Positions 12,300 through 23,400 of a DNA stretch of 64,000 bases are shown piece after piece. Every line of letters starts with the position of its first letter. Position 1 is the first letter of the stretch. Position numbers and translations under genes: made by a program. The stretch is from Selaginella moellendorffii (taxonomy: Eukaryota > Plantae > Lycopodiophyta): positions 29,296-93,295 of the forward strand of contig NW_003314385.1 in assembly GCF_000143415.4 (NCBI RefSeq). The letters run 5' to 3'. The notes under the pieces were generated by a model. That model had not been told where the DNA came from. It worked only from the letters and a program-made list of their open reading frames with translations, and did not search any database.

Positions 12300-12520
12300 C
12301 GCCGTGTTCTTGGTTCCGCTGAGCGCAGTGAGCGCTGCTTGTGTAAGCGGCGTTGTGAGCTGTGGTTTATGCGTCTACAAGCGGTTGCGGTATTGCGAGC
12401 GCCATTGCGAGTGGCAGTTTATGCGAGTGGCAGTTTGTGTGAGCGGCGCTACGAGCAGTTGCGGTGTTGCGAGCGGCGCTACGAGTAGTTGCGGTGTTGC
12501 GAGCGGCACTGTCTTTGGTG
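12300..12520 (+). repeat. GC-rich short tandem repeat upstream of the transposase (~30-bp unit GCGAGCGGCGCTACGAGYAGTTGCGGTGTT)
   Basis: Direct repeats visible at ~12440-12510. A comparable GC-rich repeat tract lies at 10515-10655, ahead of the divergent gene. Confidence 0.6.
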
Positions 12521-12864
12521 TGGCTACCGCTTCCTCTTGATATTCGGCACTTGTGCTTCCTAGTATGTTCACCATGGAATGGTTTAGGACCACATTTAGA
12601 AATGGCATGAGGCCACATGCCATCTTGGGCCCTTGCAATTTCATGGCTAGCGTATTGTCATGTATGTTTTTACTTGCCTGCAGCTGTGTGTATATCAAGA
12701 TGGCATGAGGCCTCATGCCAATTTTGTGAATGCGAAATTTCATGTGGGTGTCAATAGCATGTTTGAATAATGGCATGTGGCCTCATGCTATTTGGTATGT
12801 TATGATTTAGGGCATTCTCCAATCATTTTTTGTATGGTCTTAACTTCTTTTCTGCACTTTCAGA

Positions 12865-15800
12865 ATGGCCTTCAGGGTTGGGGAAAAGGTTTACATTTTG
12901 AATGGTGGGAAGAGAGTTGCAAAAGGGACCCTTGTGTCTATGGATCGGAACTTTGTTATACACTGTCAAAGGCTTGGGGAAGGCAATGCTGCTGTATCAG
13001 TAGAGACTGTCTTCGATGGGAATGTGGTTGCTATTGAATGAGGAGAGATGGTCGTCGGGGTAAATGTTGTTGTTGCCTTGAAAAATCTGCAGAAGAAAGC
13101 AGATGTTGGGGACAGCGCAAGTGCGACGCATGTTCCCTCCGTGGATCTTAAGAACCGTGTTACATGGATTCAGGCAAAGGTGTTTCTAAACAACCCCGAG
13201 GGGGAGGTGGTAGCTGAGGGCTTAGCCATAATTGTCGATCCAAGAGATGCGGTTGCTAATCAAGAATTGGGCTGGGATGATGTTGGAGTTGCAATTTTAG
13301 AGGTTGTTGACACAGAAGAAAACAGTCTGACTATTGGAAGCATTGTGCGGTGGAAATTGAGGCATTTAGTGTTTGAGAATGTGAAGGATTCACAATCAAA
13401 CACCACTACAACTGATGACAGAACATCTCTTCATGGGAAAAGAAAGTACACCTTCCTACAGCGCAGCCAAAGGGATCTGAGCAACGAACCGAAAAGGCAG
13501 AAAATGGCGATGGAGGTTCGAATGGTCTCGACAGTTGCTTGTTGCAAGAGGAGGTGCTGTCAACATGCTGATTGGGATGCTATTCAAGAGGAGAGAGCAA
13601 GATACAAGACATTGTCCTGGAAGGCAGCTCGCAATTTTGTGTATGAGGCATTACGGTCATCTGTTGATGCTTTAGAACATCAGGTGGGGGGCATGGTCTT
13701 CCAGAGGGGTTTGGTCTGCATGAAGGCATGGAGAATCATTTATGGAGTCCCTCGAACCACATTCTACAGAATCAAAACTGAGTTCGAGGAACAAAGGGTT
13801 TAACAGGCAGTCCATGGGAACGACGGTACGCACAAAACCAGGGGTCATGTTGTATATGGAGAGGCAATCTTCAAGAGGTTTGTCGAGACATGTAGCGAGC
13901 AGCAACCACATAAAACCCGCCTCTTGGAAGATGGAACACGAGACACCCAACGAGTTCTCCCTTCCATGTATACCAAGGGGGCCATATTGGAAGATGTGAA
14001 TCGGGAACTCCAGAGTAATGGCTACAGGAAGCTGAGCCAATCTAGATTTAGTAGATTGTGGAGCAACAGGTTCAGGGATGTGAATATAGGAAAGTACTCT
14101 AGCTTTTCAAAGTGTGGCGAGTGCACTGCTATCAAAATGGCTTTGTCGAAGAATTCTTGCAGCGCTCAAGAGCGAGAGACGTTGGTTAGAAGGCGGCTTG
14201 ACCACAACATCGAGCAGAGAAGCTGCAGGACTGCATATTATCATAACAGGATTCTCTCCATGGAGAGACCTGACTCTTACCTCTGCATCATCCACGACAA
14301 AATGGACCAGAAAAAGACGTGCTTACCTCGACTCAATCCTGCCCCCAAGGCAATCTCTTCATCCATGCAGCTGCCTGTGTCTCTGTTTGGCATAATCGCT
14401 CATGGGCATGGTGCCCAGAACTATGGGAACTTCTTTGTACCTCTATGGGGTGGCGGGGGTGCAAACATGATGATTGCGTCCCTAGCAAAACACTTAAGGT
14501 CTCTGCAAAGTGCGCAGACTGAGTTGAACGGCCAACCCTTGCATAAGGCCCTTGTCGATCGAACCCCATACAGGGTTCAGCTGGAGGAGGAGCAAAGGCT
14601 TGCAGTATCGCGTGGGGCCCCATGCCATCCCAGTGAATATGTTGGCCGTCAGATTGTAGGGTTATCACGTGAGGCCTCATGCCATTCCGACGAGGCTGGT
14701 CGCCCGGTGAATGCACAGCCTCATCCAAACGAAGCAGAATCTCAAGGAAGTTCTTGCGGCCGATGTGGCCTTCCACCCCATCTTCTGCTCCAAACAGACA
14801 ATGCTGGCAGTGAGAACAAAAACATGTACGTCTTTGCGTACTTGGCAATGCTTGTTGCCAAAGGCATATTTGAAACGGTTACACTTGGCTTTCTCATGGT
14901 TGGGCACACTCATGAAGACGTCGATGCCATGTTCAGTCACCTGGCAGAGTCCCTCCGGCGATCCAATGTCCTCACCCTCCCACAACTCTACGATGAATTC
15001 CAAAATTGCATCAAAGGCATTGTTGAAGCTGCACTTGTGACAGAGGTTCCAGACTTTAAGGGGTTTGTAAGAGGCTACATCAGGGATGGATCCGAAACGC
15101 TGATTGGCCACTCCAAGCCTCTTCAGTTTCATTTCAGCATGCGTGATGGTGCTCCAGTGATGAAGTACAAGATGAGAGAATGGGACACAGTGTGGCTGCC
15201 AGTGGATGGCATTGAACTCTTCAAGAGAGATCCCATAACTGGGGAACCTATGATTCCTCAGGGTTCCCCACGGCCGATGCACCTGGATGGACTCAAAGAC
15301 CAGGAAAGTATAGTGGCCGGGATTAGACAGCATATTGCCTTCTGGAAGAGGGGGTTGGTGTTTGGTGGAGAATCCTATTTTAAGAGGTGCAAGCCTTTGC
15401 TCGAATACTGGGAAAAGATTATATCTGCTATCCAAAATGGGCCGGTTGTATATGAAGAATTGGAAGAGTCCTTTTGGTCAGAACCCAGAGCACCAGATAG
15501 TAGCGGAACAATGTCCTTTGGAAATGCAGTGACAGATAACGATGTTGAGGATCACTATTGTGGGCCGAGGAACAAGAAGCTGGATTCAGCATTCAATCCA
15601 GTACAGGTCTGCAAAGGAATGGTCGTGCTTGTCAGACCCAGTAATAAAAAACAAATGATATGGGTGGGGCTCTGCATCACTGATGCAGAGGAGGACGCGG
15701 AAACTAACTCCTTCAATGTAACTGTGGAGTGGTTCAAGCCAAGTTCCGGATATACGAAGGATTGCCTAGAAAAGAGATGGGTGCTGAATCCAAGGGATCC

Positions 15801-16006
15801 CAGCATGAGCATATCGGTGGATAATGTTGTGCATGGTTGGATGCGGAAGCAGAGTGCCACCATCACCTTGCCAGACCATGCAAGAGATGCAGCAAGAGCA
15901 TTCATAACCCGGGTTTAAGGTGAGATTCATTAATATTCCTTTACTAAGTTTCTAATGTATTTTATTTCAAGGTGAACAATCTGAATCTGAATCAGAGGAG
16001 GCGTGA
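12865..16006 (+). pseudogene. Sola1/DUF7869-like DDE transposase (~1030 aa) with premature stops
   Basis: Single frame from ATG 12865 through ORFs 13048-13803 and 13924-15918. Stops at 13039 (TGA), 13801 (TAA) and probably 15916 (TAA, before a likely intron at 15920-15971). Motifs CCxxxCC, HGN, FSKCGEC, HDKMDQ, LQTDNAGSENKN and FLMVGHTHEDVDAMFS. Confidence 0.8.
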
Positions 16007-16622
16007 TGGCATGTGGCCCTTTGCACTAGTATATCTTAATACCGGTCTGAGAAATAGAATGGCATGTGCCCTCAGGCCTTTTACTAAATCACCTTTGAAA
16101 GAAATGCAAGCCTCTATGTCGTAAAAAAAAGGTACTAGAGAAATTCCTTAATAATATGAATGTTATTTAGTTTCATGAAAATACACTAAGGGTCAAATGA
16201 GTTAAATGACTTCTCCAGACTAGCAATGCCTCTTGCTACACCTTCACAATTAGATTCGTTAGAAAAAGATAACATTGAATAATATCTAAATGTTCTCACC
16301 ATTAAGTTATATGTCTGGCTAATAGGAATGACGTTCATCTTGGAAAGCTCACCACACGCTCAATGAACAAACAAATAGTGTGTGCGCGCATGCCATCGCT
16401 TTTCTTTAGCTTCAAATTCGGCTTGTTCACCTTGACAATGAGATTTATTATACAACCAGATGGACTCAGTCTGGACACAAAGTCACCGCGCTAGTCACCA
16501 TGCCCCAGATATGTCTAGCCTCTGGACAAAAAACATATAATTTCACGTCATTTTCAAATACTTGAAAATTTGTACCTAGTCCCATTTTACTGAATAAATC
16601 CCACTTTAACGAAATAGAGCTT

Positions 16623-17434
16623 CTCGGTTGATGACGGAGGTATTTGGGCGTTATCTTCATGAGTTTGTGGAGATTTTCTTGGACGATATTCTTGTTTTTA
16701 GCAAGAATATGGAGGAGCATAGGGTGCATTTGCACAAGGTTCTTTTGTTACTTCGAGACAGCAAACTTTATGCGAAGAAGAGCAAATGTGAATTTGCAAA
16801 GTCGGAGGTGGAATATCTAGGCCATATTGTGACATCTAAGGGTGTCAAGACAGATCCAAGGAAGGTGGCTGTGGTGGAAAACTGGCCTACACCGACTACA
16901 GTGGCCGAGTTGCGCAGTTTTCTTGGTATGGCTAGTTACTGCCGACGTTTCCAGCATAAGTTTGCAGAGGTGGCTATTCCTTTGACGCAGATGCTACGCA
17001 AGAATGTGCCATTTGAGTGGAAGACGCCACAAGAGGAGAGTTTTGTGGCGCTGAAACGATTGTTGAGCGAGGCTCCAGTGCTTCGCATTGCTGATCCATC
17101 GAAACCTTACGAGGTGACATGCGATGCGAGTGGTTATGCACTGGGAGGAGTTCTCATGCAAGAGGGACAGCCTATTGCATATGAGAGTCGAACTTTGAAT
17201 TCCGCGGAGCAACGCTATTCCACATATGAGCAAGAGTTACTCTCTATTGTTCATGCTTTGCGGACGTGGCGGCACTATCTTTATGATGCAATGTTCGTGG
17301 TGTTGATAGATCACAAACCACTTGTGTATCTTTTCACACAGAAGGAGTTGAACACTAGGCAAGCTCGTTGGATGGTCAAACTCATGGAGTTTGGGGAGTT
17401 TCCTATTGAGCATCGTCCGGGAAAAACAAATGTG
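16623..17434 (+). mobile_element. Ty3/Gypsy pol fragment (RT end + RNase H), host element part 1
   Basis: FLDDILVFS, KKSKCEF, CDASGYALGGVL and YEQELL. Ends at HRPGKTNV where the next LTR is inserted. Confidence 0.9.
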
Positions 17435-20400
17435 TGTAAGGAACCAACTCCCCGAGATGTCGTAGGCTAAAGGATCCCCAAAAGCTTGACCGAAATGACA
17501 AAGAGTTCATCGGATGGGACCAAGTCGAGGATCGAGTCCAAGACCGACTCTAGGACCAAGTTCGAGATAAAGTCCGGAATCGAGTCCGAGACCGACTCAG
17601 GGACCGAGTTCGAGTCCGAGTTCGAGACCGAGTTTGAGACGGAGTCCGAGATCCGAAATTGGGTCCGAGACCGAGTCCGAGGTCGAGTCCGAGGTCGGGT
17701 CCGAGATCGGGTCCGAGATCGAGTCCGTGATCGAGTCCGAACCCGAATCCGAAGTCGGATCCGAAATCGGGTCCGAGATCGAGCCAGAGACTAAGTCCAA
17801 ATACTAATACGGGTCAAGGGGTGAAAGCCCAAAGCGTGCGTCTCCCAGGGGGGGGGGGCTGCAGGGGGTTCCAAAAGTATAGTAGGGATAGTGAGGTCCA
17901 GGAACCAGTTTTGAAGGGACTCTCCAGTTGGGCTTCCAAACCGACTTGAGGTTGAGACTGGGACCGAGGGGCCTTGGGTGGGAGTGAGCATGGACTTGGC
18001 TGGTGCCAGAGGGGCCATCCAAGGAAGTGCTCAAGAGCAGCTCCCACTCTCGAAAGGGAAACCGATTGCAGTGCTCCCGGCTCATGTGGAGTGGTGCCCC
18101 ACTTGAGTACCATGCGGCTCATTGGTCTTCGCCCTTCCTAGGGGCTTGGGCCTTCCTTCGGGATGGAAGTGGGGGGCGAGAGGTACCCATACCGGGCCGC
18201 TAGGCCACGGTGTTTCGCCCCGGCGTCCCGAAGCAAGTGTTGCACTCAAGACTTGGGATTTAGAGGGTCCCATGATCAAGTCTTGTGGTACCAAGGGATG
18301 TTAGGAACCTGGAAGCTTGGTGTGCTTGGCTGCTTGTGCTTGTGGGGAGTGTAGCCGAACCTTAAGTCCAGTCTAACCTGGGGAGGGGGATTGGGAGTGA
18401 TTTGGGAATCCGTGGAAGGATGGCTAACACTCCGTTGCTCGTGCAGTGAGTAGCTGAAACCAAGTAGGAGCTGGTACCATAGGCGAGAACCTTGGCGAGG
18501 GAACTTAGCAAAATCCAAGGCTGTGTTGGACGGATAGGCGAGGTAAGCTGGCAAAGTGGAAAGGAAAAATTTGTGGCTTACAATTTGGTATCAGAGCCTT
18601 TATCTCAGTTCTAGCGAAGGATAGAGGCGGATTGCTGGGAGATGGCAAGGGCAGGGCGTAAGCGAACCCAGGCGGAGACGGAACCTCCGCCGGAGCTGGA
18701 GCCTCTGGTTGAACGAGAGGCTATGGATGAGGAATCCTTGCATGAGGAGGACTCTAGTGAGGAAACTTCCAAACAGGAGTCCGGTGGCGAGGTTCGGTCG
18801 TCCAAGGCTCGATTGGACGTGCTAGAAGGACAGTTGGCACAGACCAATGCCCTGCTGGAGACTCTCGTATGCAAGTTAAAGCGTGACGAGAAGCGGAAGA
18901 AAAAGCGAAAGACTGCGGATGAAGGCAGCGCAGAAGGTGCGGACCCTTCGGCAGGGACTGAGGCAAAACCAGACAAGGTCGAACAGACCGAAGTGGAATC
19001 AGTCCCTCAGGCAGTTCCCAAGTACAAACCAAAGCCCCCACCGGTGTTCAAGGGAGTGAACGACTATAAGGTTGTGGAGGATTGGTTTTACGATATGGAG
19101 GACTACTTCCGAGCGTTACGATTACCGAGCTCGGAGAAGGTCCCATGTGCAAAACCATACTTGGCAGATAATGCCAAGTCTTGGTGGAGAACAATGGAGG
19201 CCAACGAAGGACCAGTGGCCACCTGGGACATGATGAAGGCGAGGATCCGCACGACATACGTTCCTCCGAATACCACTCTGCATCTGAGAGATGAGCTGAG
19301 TAGGCTGAAGCAGACTGGAACCATCCAGGAATATGTGAATGGGTTCATGGCAAAGAGGATACTTGTCACGGACATGGGGGATATGGATGCGTTCCATGCC
19401 TTTATGTCAGGGTTGCAAACCTGGGCTCACGGTGAGGTGATGCGCTGGAACCCGACCAACTACAAGGAAGCGTTGGATGCGGCCATCAAGGTGCATTTCA
19501 ACGATAACCTGCGAAAGGGGAACACGACGGGGTCGGGATCCACGTTTCACAAAGGGGCCAAACCGAGGGGAACATATAACAGGGGGAAATTCAAGAAGAG
19601 TTTCTCTAAGAATGAGTCCTCGGGATTCCGGAAAGGCAAATCTGGTGGCCAGCGAGCAAGTACGTGGGGGAGTCAAGCGAAAAGAGACAAACCCACGGAT
19701 AAGAAGGTCAAGTCATATAGCAGCGTGGGAAACAACGTATGCTACAACTGCGGTGAAGCGGGACACTTTTCGAGGGAATGTCCCTACCCGAAGAAGGCCA
19801 GAGCCAATATGGCCATCAAGTCGGGTGAAGTCCAAAATGAGGTATGTGATCCAGTCCCTAACTCAAAGTTACTCATTACACGAGCAACTTTGGTAGAGAG
19901 TCGTTCGCGACATCTACTAGCCCTCCGAGGGAAGCTCGGAGGTAGCTTTGTTAAGATCCTTATTGACACGGGTGCTTCGGATAATTTTGTGGCTGCAGAC
20001 ATAGTCCGGCAAGCCGGACTAACGGTGCAGCGGCTAGGCGAACCAAGGACTATAGAGTTTGTTCAAGGTAGCCAAAGCACCGATGAGGTACTTCGACAAG
20101 CGAAAGTCGAAGTAGGGACATGGAAGGTAGACATGGATTTCACCGTGTTGGACATGGCGGGATTTGACGTGATCTTCGGAATGGATTGGTTCAATCGGTT
20201 CGTGGTAGCCCTACATGGACAAGGTAGGAACCTTGTGGTACTGGCGAATGCCCAAGGAAGAAGATCTAGGGTGGAAGCCCAGGATCTAAGGTAGGGCAAA
20301 GCAAGGCCAAAGAATCCTGCTTAAACCTGGTGTCCACGAGAGGACAACTCACTAAAGGAACTAAGGCAGCCTTTTTGTGCTTACTCTCGATGAAGAGTGA

Positions 20401-23400
20401 CAAAAAGACAAGAACGGAAGAAGTGCCTTTAGTGATCCAGCGAGTGTTGGACCAATTCCAGGATACCATGCCGGAGGAGCTACCGGCAGGGTTGCCCCCC
20501 GCACGACCGATAGAACATAAGATTGAGCTGGTCGAGGGCGCTGAGGCGGTGGTTCGTCCACCCTATCGTTTGAACGAAAAGGAACTCAAGGAGCTCAAGT
20601 GCCAACTAGAGGAGTTGGTGGACAAAGGGTATGTTAGGTTGAGCAAGTCGCCGTATGGGGCGCCGGTATTATTTGTGAAAAAGAAAGATGGATCTATGCG
20701 CATGTGCATAGATTACCGGTTGCTCAACAAGTATACCAAGAAGAACAAGTACCCTTTGCCTAGGATTGAGGACCTGTTCGATAGGTTGGGAAAGGCAAAA
20801 TATTTCTCGAGGATTGACCTAAGGTCAGGATACTACCAGATCAGGGTAGCTGAGGAAGATGTCGAGAAGACAACCTGTCGAACGAGGTATGGGAGCTTTG
20901 AGTTTCTAGTGATGCCCTTTGGGTTGTGCAATGCGCCGGCAACGTTTTCGGCGTTGATGAACCACATCTTTGTACCCTATCTGGATCACTTCGTGGTCGT
21001 CTATATTGACGACATCCTGATCTATAGCGAGACGCTAGAGGAGCATGCTGAACACTTGGCGAAGGTGTTTGAGAAACTAAGGGAACACAAACTGTATGCT
21101 AAAGAGAGCAAATGTGACTTTGCTCAACAAGAGGTAAAGTTTCTCGGGCATGTGGTGGGCCAGGACGGGCTCAAGGTGGACCCGGAGAAGGTCCAAGCGA
21201 TCCAGGAATGGGAGTGACCATCGAATGTACATGAGTTGAGGGCATTCCTGGGGCTATGCAACTACTATCGAAAGTTTATCAGACACTATTCGAGAGTAGC
21301 CCTGCCCTTAACGGACCAAACAGGAAAAGGGAAGATGGTATGGACAGCAGAATGCGAGGTGGCATTCGTCCACCTCAAAGGGAAGTTGAGGAAGGCTCCC
21401 GTATTGGCATTGCCAGACTTTGGTAAGGACTTTGAGGTAGAAACGGATGCTTCGGACTTTGCGTTGGGCGCAGTTCTGAAGCAAGACAACCATCCGGTAG
21501 CGTTCTTCTCAAAGAAGCTGGACAAGGCTCAACGGAAGTGGCCTGCCCATGAGAAGGAATTGTTTGCGGTGGTCAAGGCACTCAAGGAGTGGCGACACTA
21601 CCTTGGGAGACACTTCAAGGTTTACACGGACAATGTGGCAACGAAACACTTCTTGTCACAGCCTGACCTAAGAGGGAAACAAGGTCGGTGGGCCAATGCC
21701 TTGGCCGAGTTTGATTGCGAAATTCTGTACAAGCCTGGGAAGAGCAACATCGTGGCGGATGCGCTAAGTCGAAAAGCGAGCTTGAAGTTGGCAATATCCA
21801 GCGCAACAGCAACCTTCTGGGACGATGTGCGGACAGCATATGAGAACGATGGTCTAGCATAGGAAGTGTTGCTGAGGAATCTAGAGGCGCGGGAAGCTCA
21901 CCAGAGAGGTGAGCTGCCAACGGAAGAGAAAACGGGCTATGTGGAACGCAACGGACTCATTTATTACAAACAAACGAGGGTGTATGTTCCAGAAGGGGAA
22001 CTAAGGAAGGTGGCCTTAGAGGAGTGTCATGACGGACCTCTTGCGGGACACGGTGGAGTGCCCAAGACGATGGGCTTACTCAAAAGGAAGTACCATTGGC
22101 CAGATATGGCTAAGGACGTCCAAGACTATGTAAAGACATGTCCAACATGTCAGCAGGTAAAAGCCGTGACCAAGGCTAGTGGGGGCTTGTTGCAAAGCAT
22201 CCCAATTCCAGATCGCCCGTGGAAATGTCTTACGATGGACTTCATCACGGGACTCCCCCCAAGTGAGGGGTTTGATGCGATATTCGTGGTGGTGGACCGA
22301 TTTTCGAAAATGGCACACTTCATACCCACCACAACAGAGGTGGATGCGGAAGGTGTGGCAAAGCTGTTCTTCGAACAAGTGGTTCGAGTGCGGGGAAGAC
22401 CGGAAGAGATAATCTCAGATCGAGATAAGATCTTCACCAGTAGGTTCTGGAGGACTCTCTTGGAACAGTATCGCACCAAGTTGAAATTCAGCACAGCCTA
22501 TCACCCACAGACAGGTATGGGGTATGGAGTCAAGTTGTTGGCACTAACACTTCTTGACAGACAGACAAACGGAAAGGGTGAATAGGCAGCTGGAGGATTA
22601 TTTGCGATGCTATGTCTCGGGAGACTAGACCGATTGGGTAAGTCATTTGGGACTTGTGGAAATGTGTTATAACAACTCACCACATTCGAGTATCGGGGTG
22701 AGTCCATGGGAAGTCATCAATGGGCGAGCTATTGAAGGTCCTGTGGAACTCGGCGTGGCCGAGTATCATGGAGAGTTACCCGCAGTGGAGGCATTCACGG
22801 CAGAAAGACTCAACATTTGGAATCTAGTGAGGGATTCCTTGGAACGGGCTCAACAAAGGCAAACCAAGTACGCGAACCTAAAGCGCCGAGATGTAGAGTT
22901 CCAAGCTGGGGAGAAGGTGTGGCTGAACACCAAGAACCTCAGGCTACCAAGTGGGATCAGCCGAAAGTTGACCCAAAGGTAAAAATGCATGTATTCCTGT
23001 AAATGAATTGATCTTGAGTTCCTTAAGCAGGTTCGCGGGGCCTTACGAGATTGAGGCACGAATCGGTAAAGTGGCTTACCGACTCCGACTTCCTCGAGAG
23101 ATGGGGAAGATGCACCCAGTGTTCCATGTGAACTTACTCAAGCCGTACTTTGAGGATCCGCTTCGCAAGGACCAAGTAAGACCTTTACCTGAGGTTATCC
23201 AAGGGGAAGAGGAATACGAAGTCGAGGCCATCCTCAATGCGCGCAAGAGCAAGCGACAAGGACGCGAGGTGAGAGAGTTCCATGTGAAGTGGAAAGGATT
23301 TCCACACTGCGAAGCAACATGGGAACCGGAGGAGAACCTAGCGAATGCGCGAGATCTAGTGGAGGAATTTCTGCAAAGCAGAACTCTATGTACTTATGCA

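Larger units (their letters stand above)
8851..16080. repeat. Dispersed 22-bp imperfect palindrome ATGGCRTG(A/T/G)GGCC(A/T)CATGCCAT
   Basis: Copies start at 8851, 10125, 10185, 10262, 11059, 11987, 12602, 12700, 12770, 14607, 14664, 16006 and 16059. Weaker copies near 7120 and 7414. Confidence 0.9.
7025..16622 (+). mobile_element. Large TIR DNA transposon (Sola1/DUF7869-like) with cargo genes
   Basis: Perfect 24-bp inverted repeat AAGCTCTATTTCGTTAAAGTGGGA (7025-7048) / TCCCACTTTAACGAAATAGAGCTT (16599-16622). Each end coincides with an abrupt break in the flanking coding sequence. Contains a DDE transposase. No matching TSD. Includes a 100-N gap. Confidence 0.85.

Noticed and set aside
10125-12791. 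CRISPR-like array from the palindromic repeats
   Set aside because: Spacing is irregular (about 60 to over 900 bp), there are no cas genes, and the context is eukaryotic.
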